Of a stretch of 64,000 bases of DNA, positions 11,673 through 21,454 are shown one piece after another; the first letter of the stretch is position 1, and each line of letters starts with the position of its first letter. Origin of the DNA: Bacteroidia bacterium (GTDB lineage: Bacteria; Bacteroidota; Bacteroidia; UBA8524). Below the pieces are notes generated by a model. That model was not told the DNA's origin, did not search any database, and saw only the letters and a list, made by a program, of their open reading frames with translations. The stretch is taken from the NCBI GenBank assembly GCA_965249955.1, contig OZ252261.1, forward strand, positions 2,426,773-2,490,772, given 5' to 3'. Made by a program: the position numbers and the translations under genes.

Positions 11673-11903
11673 ATGCAATTAGAGATTATAACCCCCGATA
11701 AAGTTTTATATACAGGCGATATAATAGGTGTAAAAGTACCCGGTAAAGCAGGTTCTTTTGAAGTACTTAATAACCACGCGCCTCTTATAAGCAGTTTAGA
11801 TAAAGGTGTGGTGCGTGTAAAAGATGCACAAGGCAGCCACAACTTTGAAATAAGCGGTGGGATTATAGAGGTAATGGGCAATAAAGTAATAGTACTTACC
11901 TAG
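11673..11903 (+). CDS. atpC: F1 ATP synthase epsilon subunit (beta-sandwich only)
   Basis: 'LEIITPDK...G.F.VLNNHAPLIS.L..G...GG.IEV'; follows atpD; no C-terminal helices. Confidence 0.95.
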   Translation: MQLEIITPDKVLYTGDIIGVKVPGKAGSFEVLNNHAPLISSLDKGVVRVKDAQGSHNFEISGGIIEVMGNKVIVLT

Positions 11904-11934
11904 TACCAACTATTAAATAGTAAATTTTGAAAAG

Positions 11935-11962
11935 AAAGGCCTGCACATTGTGCAGGCCTTTT
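11935..11962. terminator. Bidirectional terminator
   Basis: aaaggcctgcac-att-gtgcaggccttt between convergent genes. Confidence 0.8.
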
Positions 11963-11970
11963 ATATTTTA

Positions 11971-12669
11971 TTAAAAATCAGGGCAACCCATTCGGCGCGT
12001 TTTTCTTCTGTATCGGTTTCTTTGCTCTTCACTTTTCTTTGCTTTTTTTGATGCGGCTACTTTCACCTCTGTTTTTATTTCGCTTTTTCTCCAATCAACG
12101 CTGGTTTTGTCAATACCATCCCCTTCAATAATTATTGTTGCTTGTGTATTAACAAACTCTTTCGGTATTTCAAAAACCACTATCCCATCACTTACCTTGT
12201 TAATTACTATTTCGTATTCATTGTATATAATGGTAACCTTAAAATCTTGTTTCACTATCTTATTAGTATAGCTATCGCGTATTTCAAAACTAAGCTGCAC
12301 AAACTCGTTATCCGCATCGGCCACAATATTTTGCGGCGCACTAAGGGTGTGGGCATTGCTGCTTTTATAACTAAACAAGCCCAAGCCAATAGCTACTATG
12401 GCAGCTTTGCTTTGCCTTAGCAATTGCACAAGCCTATTTTTTTGCGTTGGCCAAAACCCAAGTTGCGGAGCACTAAAAAGCCCACAAATTTTGCCCTTGT
12501 TTTCTCGGTAGGCTTTAAAAAACTCTTCGGGTGTGGCATTGGTAAAATCGTACACTACAGTGGCACATTGGTTGCAATAGCGTCCCCTCTCAGCATTCGT
12601 CATTGCATCCCAATCCTCGTGGCAAGGGGTGTTTATGTATACACCTTTTATGTGGGTATAGTTTGGCAT
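11971..12669 (-). CDS. Hypothetical single-pass protein with N-terminal PCHEDW/CxxC motif and Ig/CarboxypepD_reg-like domain
   Basis: 'PCHEDWDAMT...GRYCNQC..VVYDFT...ICG', then a hydrophobic segment and a beta-rich domain. Confidence 0.6.
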   Translation of the reverse strand: MPNYTHIKGVYINTPCHEDWDAMTNAERGRYCNQCATVVYDFTNATPEEFFKAYRENKGKICGLFSAPQLGFWPTQKNRLVQLLRQSKAAIVAIGLGLFSYKSSNAHTLSAPQNIVADADNEFVQLSFEIRDSYTNKIVKQDFKVTIIYNEYEIVINKVSDGIVVFEIPKEFVNTQATIIIEGDGIDKTSVDWRKSEIKTEVKVAASKKAKKSEEQRNRYRRKTRRMGCPDF

Positions 12670-12710
12670 ACAGTAGCAAACGCCAAACAGTTAGCCAATA
12701 GTATAGGCAT

Positions 12711-12748
12711 AAAAAAGCGGCCTTAAAGTAAACTTTAAGGCCGCTTTT
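12711..12748 (-). terminator. Terminator after LruC-domain gene
   Basis: 16-bp stem aaaagcggccttaaag / ctttaaggccgctttt with a 4-nt loop. Confidence 0.8.
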
Positions 12749-12764
12749 CGTTCTATATTTTTGC

Positions 12765-14993
12765 TTAGTAGATATTTTCAGAATTTTGGTTGCCAACGGT
12801 ATTGGTGTACCAATTGGTATAAGTTGTACCACCCGAAATTGCCCAATCATCAAAGAAGTTATAGGCTGATGTAATAGGTGTTTTTTCCTTTGGGTGAGAG
12901 AACTCGGCAGGGATTAAAATTGCCCAAGGCAAACCTTGACTGTTTTTATAATAGATGCCGTTGCCTGCATTTGTTCTGTCCTCAAAAGTACCTAATAGGT
13001 TAGTATTTACAAGGTCAGTTGGTTTAAAGTTTCCTAAGTGCACTTCATAGCCGCGCCTTTTATTGGTGAAGATAAAGGGGTTAAACTTATCGATATTCAA
13101 TTTAGTACTGGCAATAGGAGCTGTAAGACTGATATTGATGAATATGGTGTCAGACGAGCCCATTGGGTTGGTTTTTATCGTATTGAACATAGATCCAGTA
13201 GCACGGTGAAGAGTTGGTTCAGGATTATCGTAGCAAATAATCACTGCTTTATTTTGTCCTGCTTCTGTATTGTTCGCGTTACGATTTATAAGGTTTTCTA
13301 CCAGTACTTGCCCCGTTACATTCGTAATTTCTGATGGAATCAAATCATCCAGTTGAAAACCGAATCCGTTGACAAATGAACCTCCAACTGCTTTTACTTT
13401 TAGTTTCACTTTATAATCAACAACTTCATTATTAGCATTCAAAACTTGTTGAATATTAAATAAGATAGAAAGGTCGTTAAAATCATAATCAGCTTTTGAT
13501 GGCCATAAATCTTCAAAAGCTACGGTAGCCATTGTAGATAGGTTGGGGTAGTAGCTGTTAAATGCACGTGTAGCATCGTTAGGGTACTCGTCTTGGGCAT
13601 CGGCAACACCGTCATTATCAGTATCGGTTGAGCCAGTAGTTCCAAAACCTTCAGGGTTGCAAGTAGAGGTAGCAATATAGCCTGCACAGCTAGCTAATGC
13701 AGGTGTTTGTATAGTTCCTGTGTTTGATTCTATACCATTGTTGTCGCACAAATCAACTTTACCTTTTATTGATGTACCAGTACTAATGTTGGTATTAGAG
13801 GATACTTTTATTTTGCTACGGTTAGTACCTGTGCCTTCAATTTCGCCCATTACCAGTTTAAGGTTGGTAGTGCTTATCATTGCTCCATTGTGTATTTTGG
13901 TACGAGCAGTAGTTACTAAAGTAAAATTGCCTATATCTTGCCAAAAGGTACCCGCTTTTATGTAAGCATAGTTTTCTAGCGTACCTGCAACATAAAAATC
14001 ACCTAGAATTTCTGTATGGCAGTTATTAGTAAACTTTGCTTCACCATCGTTAAGAACCATATTAGCATAAAACTCGTTATTATTAATAATAGTACCCCTA
14101 TCAAGGTTCATAACATTACTAGATAAACTGATATAGCCGTTGTTTGTAAAAACAGCATCTTGGTATAAGTCCATGCTTGGATTTGCAGGATGGTATATTC
14201 TTCCGTTATTTTCAGCTATGCAATCGTAAAATACTATTGAAGATAAAAGTTTAAGACTATCGCTATAATTTTTGAAAATAGTATTGTCAAACATAACTAT
14301 ATCATACGTTACAGTTAATACGGCACCTTCTAGTATATATACTTCTGAATTTGCATTACCTACAAACCCTATAATAGTTCCACTTCCGCAAACTTTAGCT
14401 ATTCCTCCTGTTTGTACGGTAATATTAATATTGTTTATAGTACCTGTAATACAAGCTATATCTCCATTGTATACAGTAATATCAGAGCTTGGGTTGTTAT
14501 AGGTTACGGTGCAACCTGTACTGCAATTCATACCCGAGCTTTTGCGTAGTATATAAGGTTTTGGCGTTTGCCCATTGGTAAACAAAGCAGTGGCAAACTG
14601 ATTGGCTTTTACTTTTTCAACTTTGCTGCTTCCATCAGGGTCTATTTTTTCTATATAGATATATTCTTCACTTGCAGGCACACGTACTGTGGTGTTGTAT
14701 TCTGCATTGGCATTGGTAAGCCCTGTGCTAATTAGTTGGCCTGTGGCGGGCAAATCGCTATATATTTTTATAGCATAGCGTTCGCTTGCTTTTGCATCGG
14801 CTACTTTTACCCTAACGTTTAGGGTTTTTTCAGCATCAAAGTTAAAACCTGCGGGAACTACAAGGTCTTTAGCTTCAATATTGGTGTTTGATTTGTTAGT
14901 CGCTTCTTCTTCGGGTAAATTAAAATCCCTTTTGCAGCTTGCCAATACAAGGATAATGGCAAAGAATGCCCACGACAATTTTAGGTTGCGCAT
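12765..14993 (-). CDS. LruC-domain (DUF4842-type) surface lipoprotein with central beta-solenoid-like region
   Basis: Lipobox LASC; 'DTDNDGVADAQDEYPND' Ca-binding-like repeat; 'AFEDLWPSKADYDFND'; C-terminal 'PWAILIP..F.HP.E...I..AY..F..WA.SGG...WY'. Confidence 0.8.
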   Translation of the reverse strand: MRNLKLSWAFFAIILVLASCKRDFNLPEEEATNKSNTNIEAKDLVVPAGFNFDAEKTLNVRVKVADAKASERYAIKIYSDLPATGQLISTGLTNANAEYNTTVRVPASEEYIYIEKIDPDGSSKVEKVKANQFATALFTNGQTPKPYILRKSSGMNCSTGCTVTYNNPSSDITVYNGDIACITGTINNINITVQTGGIAKVCGSGTIIGFVGNANSEVYILEGAVLTVTYDIVMFDNTIFKNYSDSLKLLSSIVFYDCIAENNGRIYHPANPSMDLYQDAVFTNNGYISLSSNVMNLDRGTIINNNEFYANMVLNDGEAKFTNNCHTEILGDFYVAGTLENYAYIKAGTFWQDIGNFTLVTTARTKIHNGAMISTTNLKLVMGEIEGTGTNRSKIKVSSNTNISTGTSIKGKVDLCDNNGIESNTGTIQTPALASCAGYIATSTCNPEGFGTTGSTDTDNDGVADAQDEYPNDATRAFNSYYPNLSTMATVAFEDLWPSKADYDFNDLSILFNIQQVLNANNEVVDYKVKLKVKAVGGSFVNGFGFQLDDLIPSEITNVTGQVLVENLINRNANNTEAGQNKAVIICYDNPEPTLHRATGSMFNTIKTNPMGSSDTIFINISLTAPIASTKLNIDKFNPFIFTNKRRGYEVHLGNFKPTDLVNTNLLGTFEDRTNAGNGIYYKNSQGLPWAILIPAEFSHPKEKTPITSAYNFFDDWAISGGTTYTNWYTNTVGNQNSENIY

Positions 14994-15195
14994 AGATAAT
15001 TAGTTAGTTAAGTAATATTCCGATGCAATAATAGGTTTAGCCAATAGCACCAAATTGTTATATTGTTTTAATAGAAGTAATAATTATGTGAGTGGCGGTT
15101 ATTTTATTTGGATTTTTTTTCCGCTGTAAATAAAATAGCCCCACCATCGCGGCAGGGTTATTTAAAGTAAGAAATAATTTGTGTGGAGCTTCTGT

Positions 15196-16533
15196 CTAAA
15201 TGCCTACTTGCAACTGCAAAACCATCATCGATTTGCGTTCGGCAACTTTTTGATCACTGGCTCTATACACAGGGCGGTTTTGCCAATTAAGGCTAAGCTT
15301 TGTTTTGTGCTCACTTATAAACCAGTTTACACCGGCATCAAGCAATAGCATATTCTCGTTTAGGCGATCGTAGCGGGCACTCATTACCATTATATAAGGC
15401 ATTAGCTGCCCATTGTTTTCTCCCAAAGCAGTTGTGGGCAGCAAATAGCCTATTTGACCTTGTATCACACTACCTGTACCTATCATGGGTACACCATTTC
15501 CGCTACCGTTAAGGCTGTTTGTACCCGCAGCAACTCCGTTGGCTGGATTCATTACCCCAACATTACGTAAATAGCCTTTGCCAAAGCCATAGTTTACATA
15601 AGTAGCATAAAAGCTAATAGCAGCACCTTTACTGCCCACTGGGTGGTCGTAAAACACATCAGCGGCAAAGTGTAGCATATCTTCTTGTATTGTGTCTTGC
15701 AGTGGGGTATTATCAATACGCCACATGGCATTAGCTTGGTATTGAAAACCAGCACCTATATTAAATACTTTCTTTTTGCCCAAATAAGTACCTACTGTGT
15801 ATGGGTTAAGGTTGCTTTCTTCGTCCAAAAACTGGTACATAAAATAGCCGCCGTATTGTAGGCTGGGCGGACGCCATGAAAAGTTTGAGTTTATGCTAAT
15901 ATTGCCTACTAAGCCTTCGCTATTTTGTACCGACATTGGGTTTGATGCTATCACTCTGTAGTCCAATTTGCCTATTTTACCTTTGGCATATATACTTAGT
16001 TTACGCAAAAACTGGTCGGTAGCATCGTTAGTGCTTTGCTCAAACAAAGGAGCGTCGTACCCCATTATTGTGCCAATTGAAGGTGATGAAAATCGAGCAA
16101 TACCCGTCCAGCCAGTCAAACCGCCGCCAATATGAAGGCTTCGTTTGGTAACATGATAATCGGCTGAAACGTCATGAAAAAACAAGGGTGATTTTCTGGC
16201 TGATGTTGATGTGAAGTTATTTATACCAAACTGGGTAAAAAAATATACTCTATCGCTCACCATACCATCTAGTACAAGGCGAGACCTTCTAATCCCTATA
16301 TCAAAAGTTTCGTTTTTTTCGTACCCAAAAATGGTGGTGCCCGGATTACTTTGGTTATACCTAGCCCATATTTGAGCGGTAAATGAAGCCTTTACATAAT
16401 GACTGCCATCATCGTTAAGATTAAATTTTAAAGGTTTATTTTCTTGATTTTGAGCTTTTAAACCCGAGGCAAAAAATAGTATTGCAAAAAGTATAACGGT
16501 GCGGCTAATTATTTTTCTTATCATATAAAACAA
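15196..16533 (-). CDS. Putative outer-membrane porin
   Basis: Signal peptide, amphipathic beta-strands, 'DIGIRRSR' motif of phosphate-porin-like barrels, C-terminal 'LQLQVGI'. Confidence 0.6.
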   Translation of the reverse strand: MFYMIRKIISRTVILFAILFFASGLKAQNQENKPLKFNLNDDGSHYVKASFTAQIWARYNQSNPGTTIFGYEKNETFDIGIRRSRLVLDGMVSDRVYFFTQFGINNFTSTSARKSPLFFHDVSADYHVTKRSLHIGGGLTGWTGIARFSSPSIGTIMGYDAPLFEQSTNDATDQFLRKLSIYAKGKIGKLDYRVIASNPMSVQNSEGLVGNISINSNFSWRPPSLQYGGYFMYQFLDEESNLNPYTVGTYLGKKKVFNIGAGFQYQANAMWRIDNTPLQDTIQEDMLHFAADVFYDHPVGSKGAAISFYATYVNYGFGKGYLRNVGVMNPANGVAAGTNSLNGSGNGVPMIGTGSVIQGQIGYLLPTTALGENNGQLMPYIMVMSARYDRLNENMLLLDAGVNWFISEHKTKLSLNWQNRPVYRASDQKVAERKSMMVLQLQVGI

Positions 16534-16842
16534 GGGTCGTCGAGTTTTAATAATGAGCTTAATTTGTTGGTTAATTCTTTTTAATACTACTGCCGTAATA
16601 ATTCAAATAATACCCTCATTTGATATCAATCAAATTGTTTTACGAATCATTTTGTCCAAATAGGGCACAAACAGTAATGTTTTTTATTTGGGTTAAAGGC
16701 AGTAAAACAAGCTTGGTGCCTTGATGAAAAATTAAGTCGGCAGCAATAAATGTACTGCTCAATTTTGGTGCAAAAAAAGAATAATATTCTATTAAACTCT
16801 TGCTAGAGATTATTATTAAATAGTTTTATAGCAATAGCGCTA

Positions 16843-17571
16843 TTAGTATTTGCCAAACCAACTGGCCACCTTCATTTGCATTACACCCACAATAGCTTCC
16901 CAAAAAATACCTTTACTCATTTTTGATTGGCCTTCGGTGCGGTCGGTAAAAATAATAGGCACTTCAGTTATTTTAAACTTACGTTTCCATGCCCTAAACT
17001 TCATTTCTATTTGGAATGCGTACCCTTTAAACTTAATAGCATCAAGACCAATACCTTCAAGCAATTGGCGACGGTAGCATACAAAACCTGCAGTAGTATC
17101 GCTAATACTCATACCCGTTACAAAACGCACATACTTGCTGGCAAAATAGCTCATAAGCACCCTGCCCATAGGCCAGTTTACTACATTTACTCCTTTTACA
17201 TAGCGAGAGCCTACTGCCAAATCGTTTCCTTCAAGTTCGCACGCATCATTAAGGCGCATCAAATCTTCGGGGTTGTGGCTAAAATCGGCATCAATCTCAA
17301 AAAAATACTCGTATTGCTCTTTGGCCAAACCCCATTTGAAACCGGCTATATAAGCACGACCTAAACCATCTTTAATAGTGCGCTCTAAAATGTGTAAGCG
17401 GCCTTCAAACTCAGGTATCAGTCGTTTAATAATAGTACCGGTACCATCGGGAGATGAATCATCTACAATTAACAAATCGAACCCCATTGGCAAAGACATT
17501 ACTTTCCTAATCATCTTTTCGATGTTTTCCTTTTCGTTGTAGGTGGGTATTATAACTAATTTTGTAGCCAA
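16843..17571 (-). CDS. Polyprenol monophosphomannose synthase (GT2, Ppm1/DPM1-like)
   Basis: 'VIIPTYNEKENI', 'VDDSSPDGT', 'EIDADFSHNP', 'GYAFQIE'. TTG start at 17571 preferred. Confidence 0.9.
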   Translation of the reverse strand: MATKLVIIPTYNEKENIEKMIRKVMSLPMGFDLLIVDDSSPDGTGTIIKRLIPEFEGRLHILERTIKDGLGRAYIAGFKWGLAKEQYEYFFEIDADFSHNPEDLMRLNDACELEGNDLAVGSRYVKGVNVVNWPMGRVLMSYFASKYVRFVTGMSISDTTAGFVCYRRQLLEGIGLDAIKFKGYAFQIEMKFRAWKRKFKITEVPIIFTDRTEGQSKMSKGIFWEAIVGVMQMKVASWFGKY

Positions 17572-17718
17572 GGGGTGTGTTGATGAACGGCGAAAATAGA
17601 TATAAGCGTATGAAGTTTCAAATAGTAAATGTATTGTAACACCACATTTAATATAAGATTGATGTTTGCTTACCCTATATTTTGACAGTATTATGACAAT
17701 TAGTAGCTTTGGCACACA

Positions 17719-18228
17719 ATGAAAACAGTATTTTTTGATAGAGATGGAGTGCTTAATAAAGAATTAGGCAGGTATGTAGAGCATGCAGATGAGTTTGAGG
17801 TAAATCCTTGGGTGATACCTTTTATGAAAATAATGCAACATAACGGCTACGAGTTTATTATTGTTACCAATCAAGGGGGTATTGATAAAGGCTTATACAC
17901 CCACAATGACCTTTTTGATATACATACTAAGCTAAACAATATACTGGCTCAAGAAAATCTATACATAAAAGAAACCTATTACTGCCCCCACCATCCTACA
18001 AAAACACAGTGTTTGTGCCGCAAACCGGGTAGTTTGATGGTAGAAAAAGCTGTAGCCAAATATGGAGTTGATGTGTCAAAATCATTTTTAATAGGAGATA
18101 AAGAACGTGATGTAGAAGCTGCTGAAAATGTGGGGGTTAAGGGGTTTTTAATTCCTTCTGATGAGTATTTTAGTTCCTCTCAAATAACTGATTTACAAAG
18201 CCTTATAGGATTTTCGGTAGAGTTGTAA
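17719..18228 (+). CDS. gmhB: HAD-IIIA phosphatase, GmhB/histidinol-phosphatase-like
   Basis: 'FFDRDGVLN', 'VTNQGG', 'YYCPHHP...CLCRKP', 'IGDKERD'. Confidence 0.8.
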   Translation: MKTVFFDRDGVLNKELGRYVEHADEFEVNPWVIPFMKIMQHNGYEFIIVTNQGGIDKGLYTHNDLFDIHTKLNNILAQENLYIKETYYCPHHPTKTQCLCRKPGSLMVEKAVAKYGVDVSKSFLIGDKERDVEAAENVGVKGFLIPSDEYFSSSQITDLQSLIGFSVEL

Positions 18229-18357
18229 TGCAGCGCTGTTAAAAGCAGTTTATTAACAGTTGTTAATTATTGGTTTTCCACACTTGTGGCTAATCAAAAC
18301 CCTGAAAACATTGTGTAGAGCTATAGCTTTGTTGTTATTTTTAACACGTTACTCACA

Positions 18358-19665
18358 TTGTTTTTAAACAAAAAACATAGTTTTATACGCCTAGTAAGTT
18401 TTACTTTTTTGGCCTTGTTTGTTTTGCAGGCAAAAGCTAAAGAGGGAATAGACTACAAAGGCAAAAGTTTTTGGGTGGGTTATTTGCAAAGCGAAGTAGG
18501 CCCCGACCCTTTTGAATTATCGCTGCAAATAACTGCCGACAAAAAAACTACGGTTACTATAAAACTAAAGGCTGCTATAATAGAAGCCCGTAGCGAGAAA
18601 GATTGGGAACAAAGTTTTCAAGTATACCCGGGTTCAGTTACCACTATAATTATCCCCGAAGAATATACTACCAAAACCCGCGAGGGGAAAAGCACACACA
18701 AAGGGCTGTATATAGAGGCACTAGATGATGTGATGGTAGTGGCAAAAAACACCAGCGGTTCATCAAGCGATGCAACTGTGGTGATACCGATTGACCAATT
18801 GGGACACGAGTATTATATAATGCAATACCATGTGCTTAAACCACAGTACCCTAGTCAGTACCTTATTTTAGCCACTGAAGATAGTACAGAGGTAGAATTG
18901 ATAAATGTAGCCATTAGTATGGATGGTGGAATATCGCACGTACCGTATAGAATAAAGCTGAACAAAGGCGATAGCTACATGGTGCAGTCGAAAAGAGATT
19001 TAACAGGTAGTCGTGTACGTGAAGTAAACGGAAAGAAAATAGCTGTTTTTAGCGGAATGACGTGTGCCTATGTACCTAGATATTGCCAAAGTTGCGACCA
19101 TTTGTACGAGCAAATACCCCCGACTGAAAACTGGGGGCACGAATTTGCCCTTGTACCTTTTGATACCCGCTACAAATATGTAGTGCGCATATTGGCAAAA
19201 GAAGACAATACTTATGTGGATGTGGATGGGCAACGCTATACAATAGCCAAAGCCGGTAAGTTTTTAGAGTTGGAGTTGAAAGAAGAAGTTTTTTATGTTA
19301 CCACATCACGCCCAGTGATGATTTGCCAGTATACTATTGGTACACGCTGCGATAAACAAAGGGGAGACCCATCAATGGTAATGGTGCGCCCGCTGCAAAG
19401 TTTTAACGGGTATACAGAATTGCCCGCTATGAACACAGAAAACATTAACCGCTATTATGCTACCGTGATGTTTAAGCGCGACGATTTAGACAAGTTTACC
19501 ATTAACGGTAAAAGCGTGGTTGGCGATTATAAAGAGCTGCCCTACCGTAGCGAATTTGTATACGCTTATATAGAACTTGAAAGCGGCGGCAATACCATTG
19601 AGTGCGATTGCGGTTACAACTTTATCTCGTACGGTTTAGGTTGGTACGAGTCGTACGCTTACTAA
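18358..19665 (+). CDS. IgGFc-binding domain secreted protein (stand-alone)
   Basis: Signal peptide; 'GKSFWVGY', 'SSDATVVIP...LG.EYY', 'DHLYEQIPP...WG', 'GDPSMV' motifs. Confidence 0.8.
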   Translation: MFLNKKHSFIRLVSFTFLALFVLQAKAKEGIDYKGKSFWVGYLQSEVGPDPFELSLQITADKKTTVTIKLKAAIIEARSEKDWEQSFQVYPGSVTTIIIPEEYTTKTREGKSTHKGLYIEALDDVMVVAKNTSGSSSDATVVIPIDQLGHEYYIMQYHVLKPQYPSQYLILATEDSTEVELINVAISMDGGISHVPYRIKLNKGDSYMVQSKRDLTGSRVREVNGKKIAVFSGMTCAYVPRYCQSCDHLYEQIPPTENWGHEFALVPFDTRYKYVVRILAKEDNTYVDVDGQRYTIAKAGKFLELELKEEVFYVTTSRPVMICQYTIGTRCDKQRGDPSMVMVRPLQSFNGYTELPAMNTENINRYYATVMFKRDDLDKFTINGKSVVGDYKELPYRSEFVYAYIELESGGNTIECDCGYNFISYGLGWYESYAY

Positions 19666-19740
19666 AATAGAATACAGAGAGCTATAAACTAAAAACGCCC
19701 TGCTTTTGGCAAGGCGTTATCAATTATTTTTTATTAGAGA

Positions 19741-20397
19741 TTAAGCGTTGTTTTTAGCGTGATCTTCTAAAAACTTTTGCAAACCACTATCGGTAAGCGG
19801 GTGTTTAAGTAAACCCATAATACTGTCTAATGGGCTGGTAATCACATCAGCACCAACCTCAGCGCATTTAATAATGTGCATAGGGCTACGTATTGAAGCC
19901 GCTAATATTTGAGTTTGCAAACCATGTATGCTATATATGCGTGCTATTTGAGCGATAAGTTCAATACCGTCAAAACTAATATCATCCAAGCGGCCAATAA
20001 AAGGAGATACATAAGTAGCACCTGCTTTGGCGGCTAACAATGCTTGTCCTGCTGAAAAAACAAGAGTGCAATTGGTTTTAATACCGTTTTGAGTGAAGTA
20101 TTTAATGGCTTTAACCCCATCTTTTATCATAGGTACTTTTACCACTATTTTATCATTAAGGGCGGCAAGTATTTTACCCTCTTCTATAATACCCTCATAA
20201 TCGGTAGATATTACTTCGGCACTAATATCACCCTCTACAATATCGCATATTGCTTTGTAGTGGTTCATTATATTTTCAGTGCCTTTAATGCCTTCTTTAG
20301 CCATTAACGATGGGTTGGTAGTAACGCCATCAAGCACACCAAAATCATTGGCTTCGCGTATTTGGGCTAGGTTAGCAGTGTCTATGAAAAATTTCAT
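19741..20397 (-). CDS. fsa: Transaldolase / fructose-6-phosphate aldolase family
   Basis: 'MKFFIDTAN', 'GVTTNPSL', 'VVKVP', 'YVSPFIGRLDD', 'LAASIR'. Confidence 0.93.
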   Translation of the reverse strand: MKFFIDTANLAQIREANDFGVLDGVTTNPSLMAKEGIKGTENIMNHYKAICDIVEGDISAEVISTDYEGIIEEGKILAALNDKIVVKVPMIKDGVKAIKYFTQNGIKTNCTLVFSAGQALLAAKAGATYVSPFIGRLDDISFDGIELIAQIARIYSIHGLQTQILAASIRSPMHIIKCAEVGADVITSPLDSIMGLLKHPLTDSGLQKFLEDHAKNNA

Positions 20398-20486
20398 ACT
20401 TAGTTATTTGTTATAAGTTATTGGTTTTTGCCTTAGAAGCGGCAAAGATAACTAATAACAGATTAAGAGGTGAGTAAAATAAAAAA

Positions 20487-20567
20487 GGCCTGTATCTCAC
20501 CGCTCAACTTTACGCCCTTGCTTCATTCCTGACCTGGGGGATTAAAAGGAGCTGGTAGTACAGACCC
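20487..20567 (-). ncRNA. ffs: Small bacterial SRP RNA (4.5S)
   Basis: Minus strand reads GGGTCTGTA...CCAGGTCA-GGAA-TGAAGCAAG...TACAGGCC: terminal stem plus the conserved domain IV motif with GGAA tetraloop, followed by a T-run. Confidence 0.88.
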
Positions 20568-20572
20568 GAGGG

Positions 20573-20604
20573 CAAATATACTACTGCAAATGGCTTAACA
20601 CAAA
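20573..20604 (-). promoter_or_regulatory. sigma70 promoter of ffs
   Basis: Minus strand TTTG - 20 nt - TATATTTG, immediately upstream of the SRP RNA. Confidence 0.75.
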
Positions 20605-20692
20605 ATTTATATTACTCTTTTGCAATAATTTTAATGGTTTTTTTGCCATAAGCAAACGTTACTAGTGTAAGTAATTGTGTTTTAGATAGCTT

Positions 20693-21400
20693 TTATTTCT
20701 TCAAAGCATCTAAGGCCTTAATAATTTCTTGTGGCTCGGCACGTTTGCGGTAATCGGCATCTAAAAAAGCATAAGTAACCACACCATTGGTATCAATTAC
20801 ATAAGTTGCCGCAAGGGGTAGGCTATAGCTATCCTCGCCATTGTATTTTTTCAAGTCAAAGCCTTTTTTATAAAATTCGGCCACCTCGTCGGTTAGCTTA
20901 TAAATAATACCGTAGCTTTTACCTACTTCACTGTTTATATCGCTTAAAACTTCAAACTCTAACTCATGTTTTTCTTTAGTATCCAAAGAGTTGTCGGGCA
21001 ACTCAGGCGTAAGAGCCACCAAAGTAGCACCACGCTCTATAAAATCAGGCAAATGCTCTTGCAAGCTGCGCAAGGTTAGGTTGCAATAGGGGCACCAACC
21101 ACCACGGTACCATGTAAGTATTACAGGGCCATTTTTTAGCAAATCGTTTAATTTTACAGTATCTCCCTTAGCATTAGTAAGCTCAAATAGGGGAGCATCT
21201 TGCCCCTTTTGTACAGCAGCATCAAGCACCCCGCTGTGGGTTACGCTATCTATGCCCGCCTCGTATACAGCTATTTTGTTTTTATCGGCACGTTTCAAAA
21301 AATTTTCTTTCATGCTGTCTAATTCACTTTGTAGCGAACCGCCTTGAGACCAAACAGCTATTGGAAATAGGATGTATAAAAAAGAGAATAGTTTTTTCAT
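20693..21400 (-). CDS. Peroxiredoxin-like AhpC/TSA (PRXL2-type) exported protein
   Basis: Signal peptide, 'WYRGGWCPYCN', 'LPLAATYVID', 'DYRKRAEP'. Confidence 0.88.
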   Translation of the reverse strand: MKKLFSFLYILFPIAVWSQGGSLQSELDSMKENFLKRADKNKIAVYEAGIDSVTHSGVLDAAVQKGQDAPLFELTNAKGDTVKLNDLLKNGPVILTWYRGGWCPYCNLTLRSLQEHLPDFIERGATLVALTPELPDNSLDTKEKHELEFEVLSDINSEVGKSYGIIYKLTDEVAEFYKKGFDLKKYNGEDSYSLPLAATYVIDTNGVVTYAFLDADYRKRAEPQEIIKALDALKK

Positions 21401-21454
21401 TTGTTGTAATAGTAGTTGTTTAAAAAAATGGTAAGGCTTCTATAGTATCAAAGT

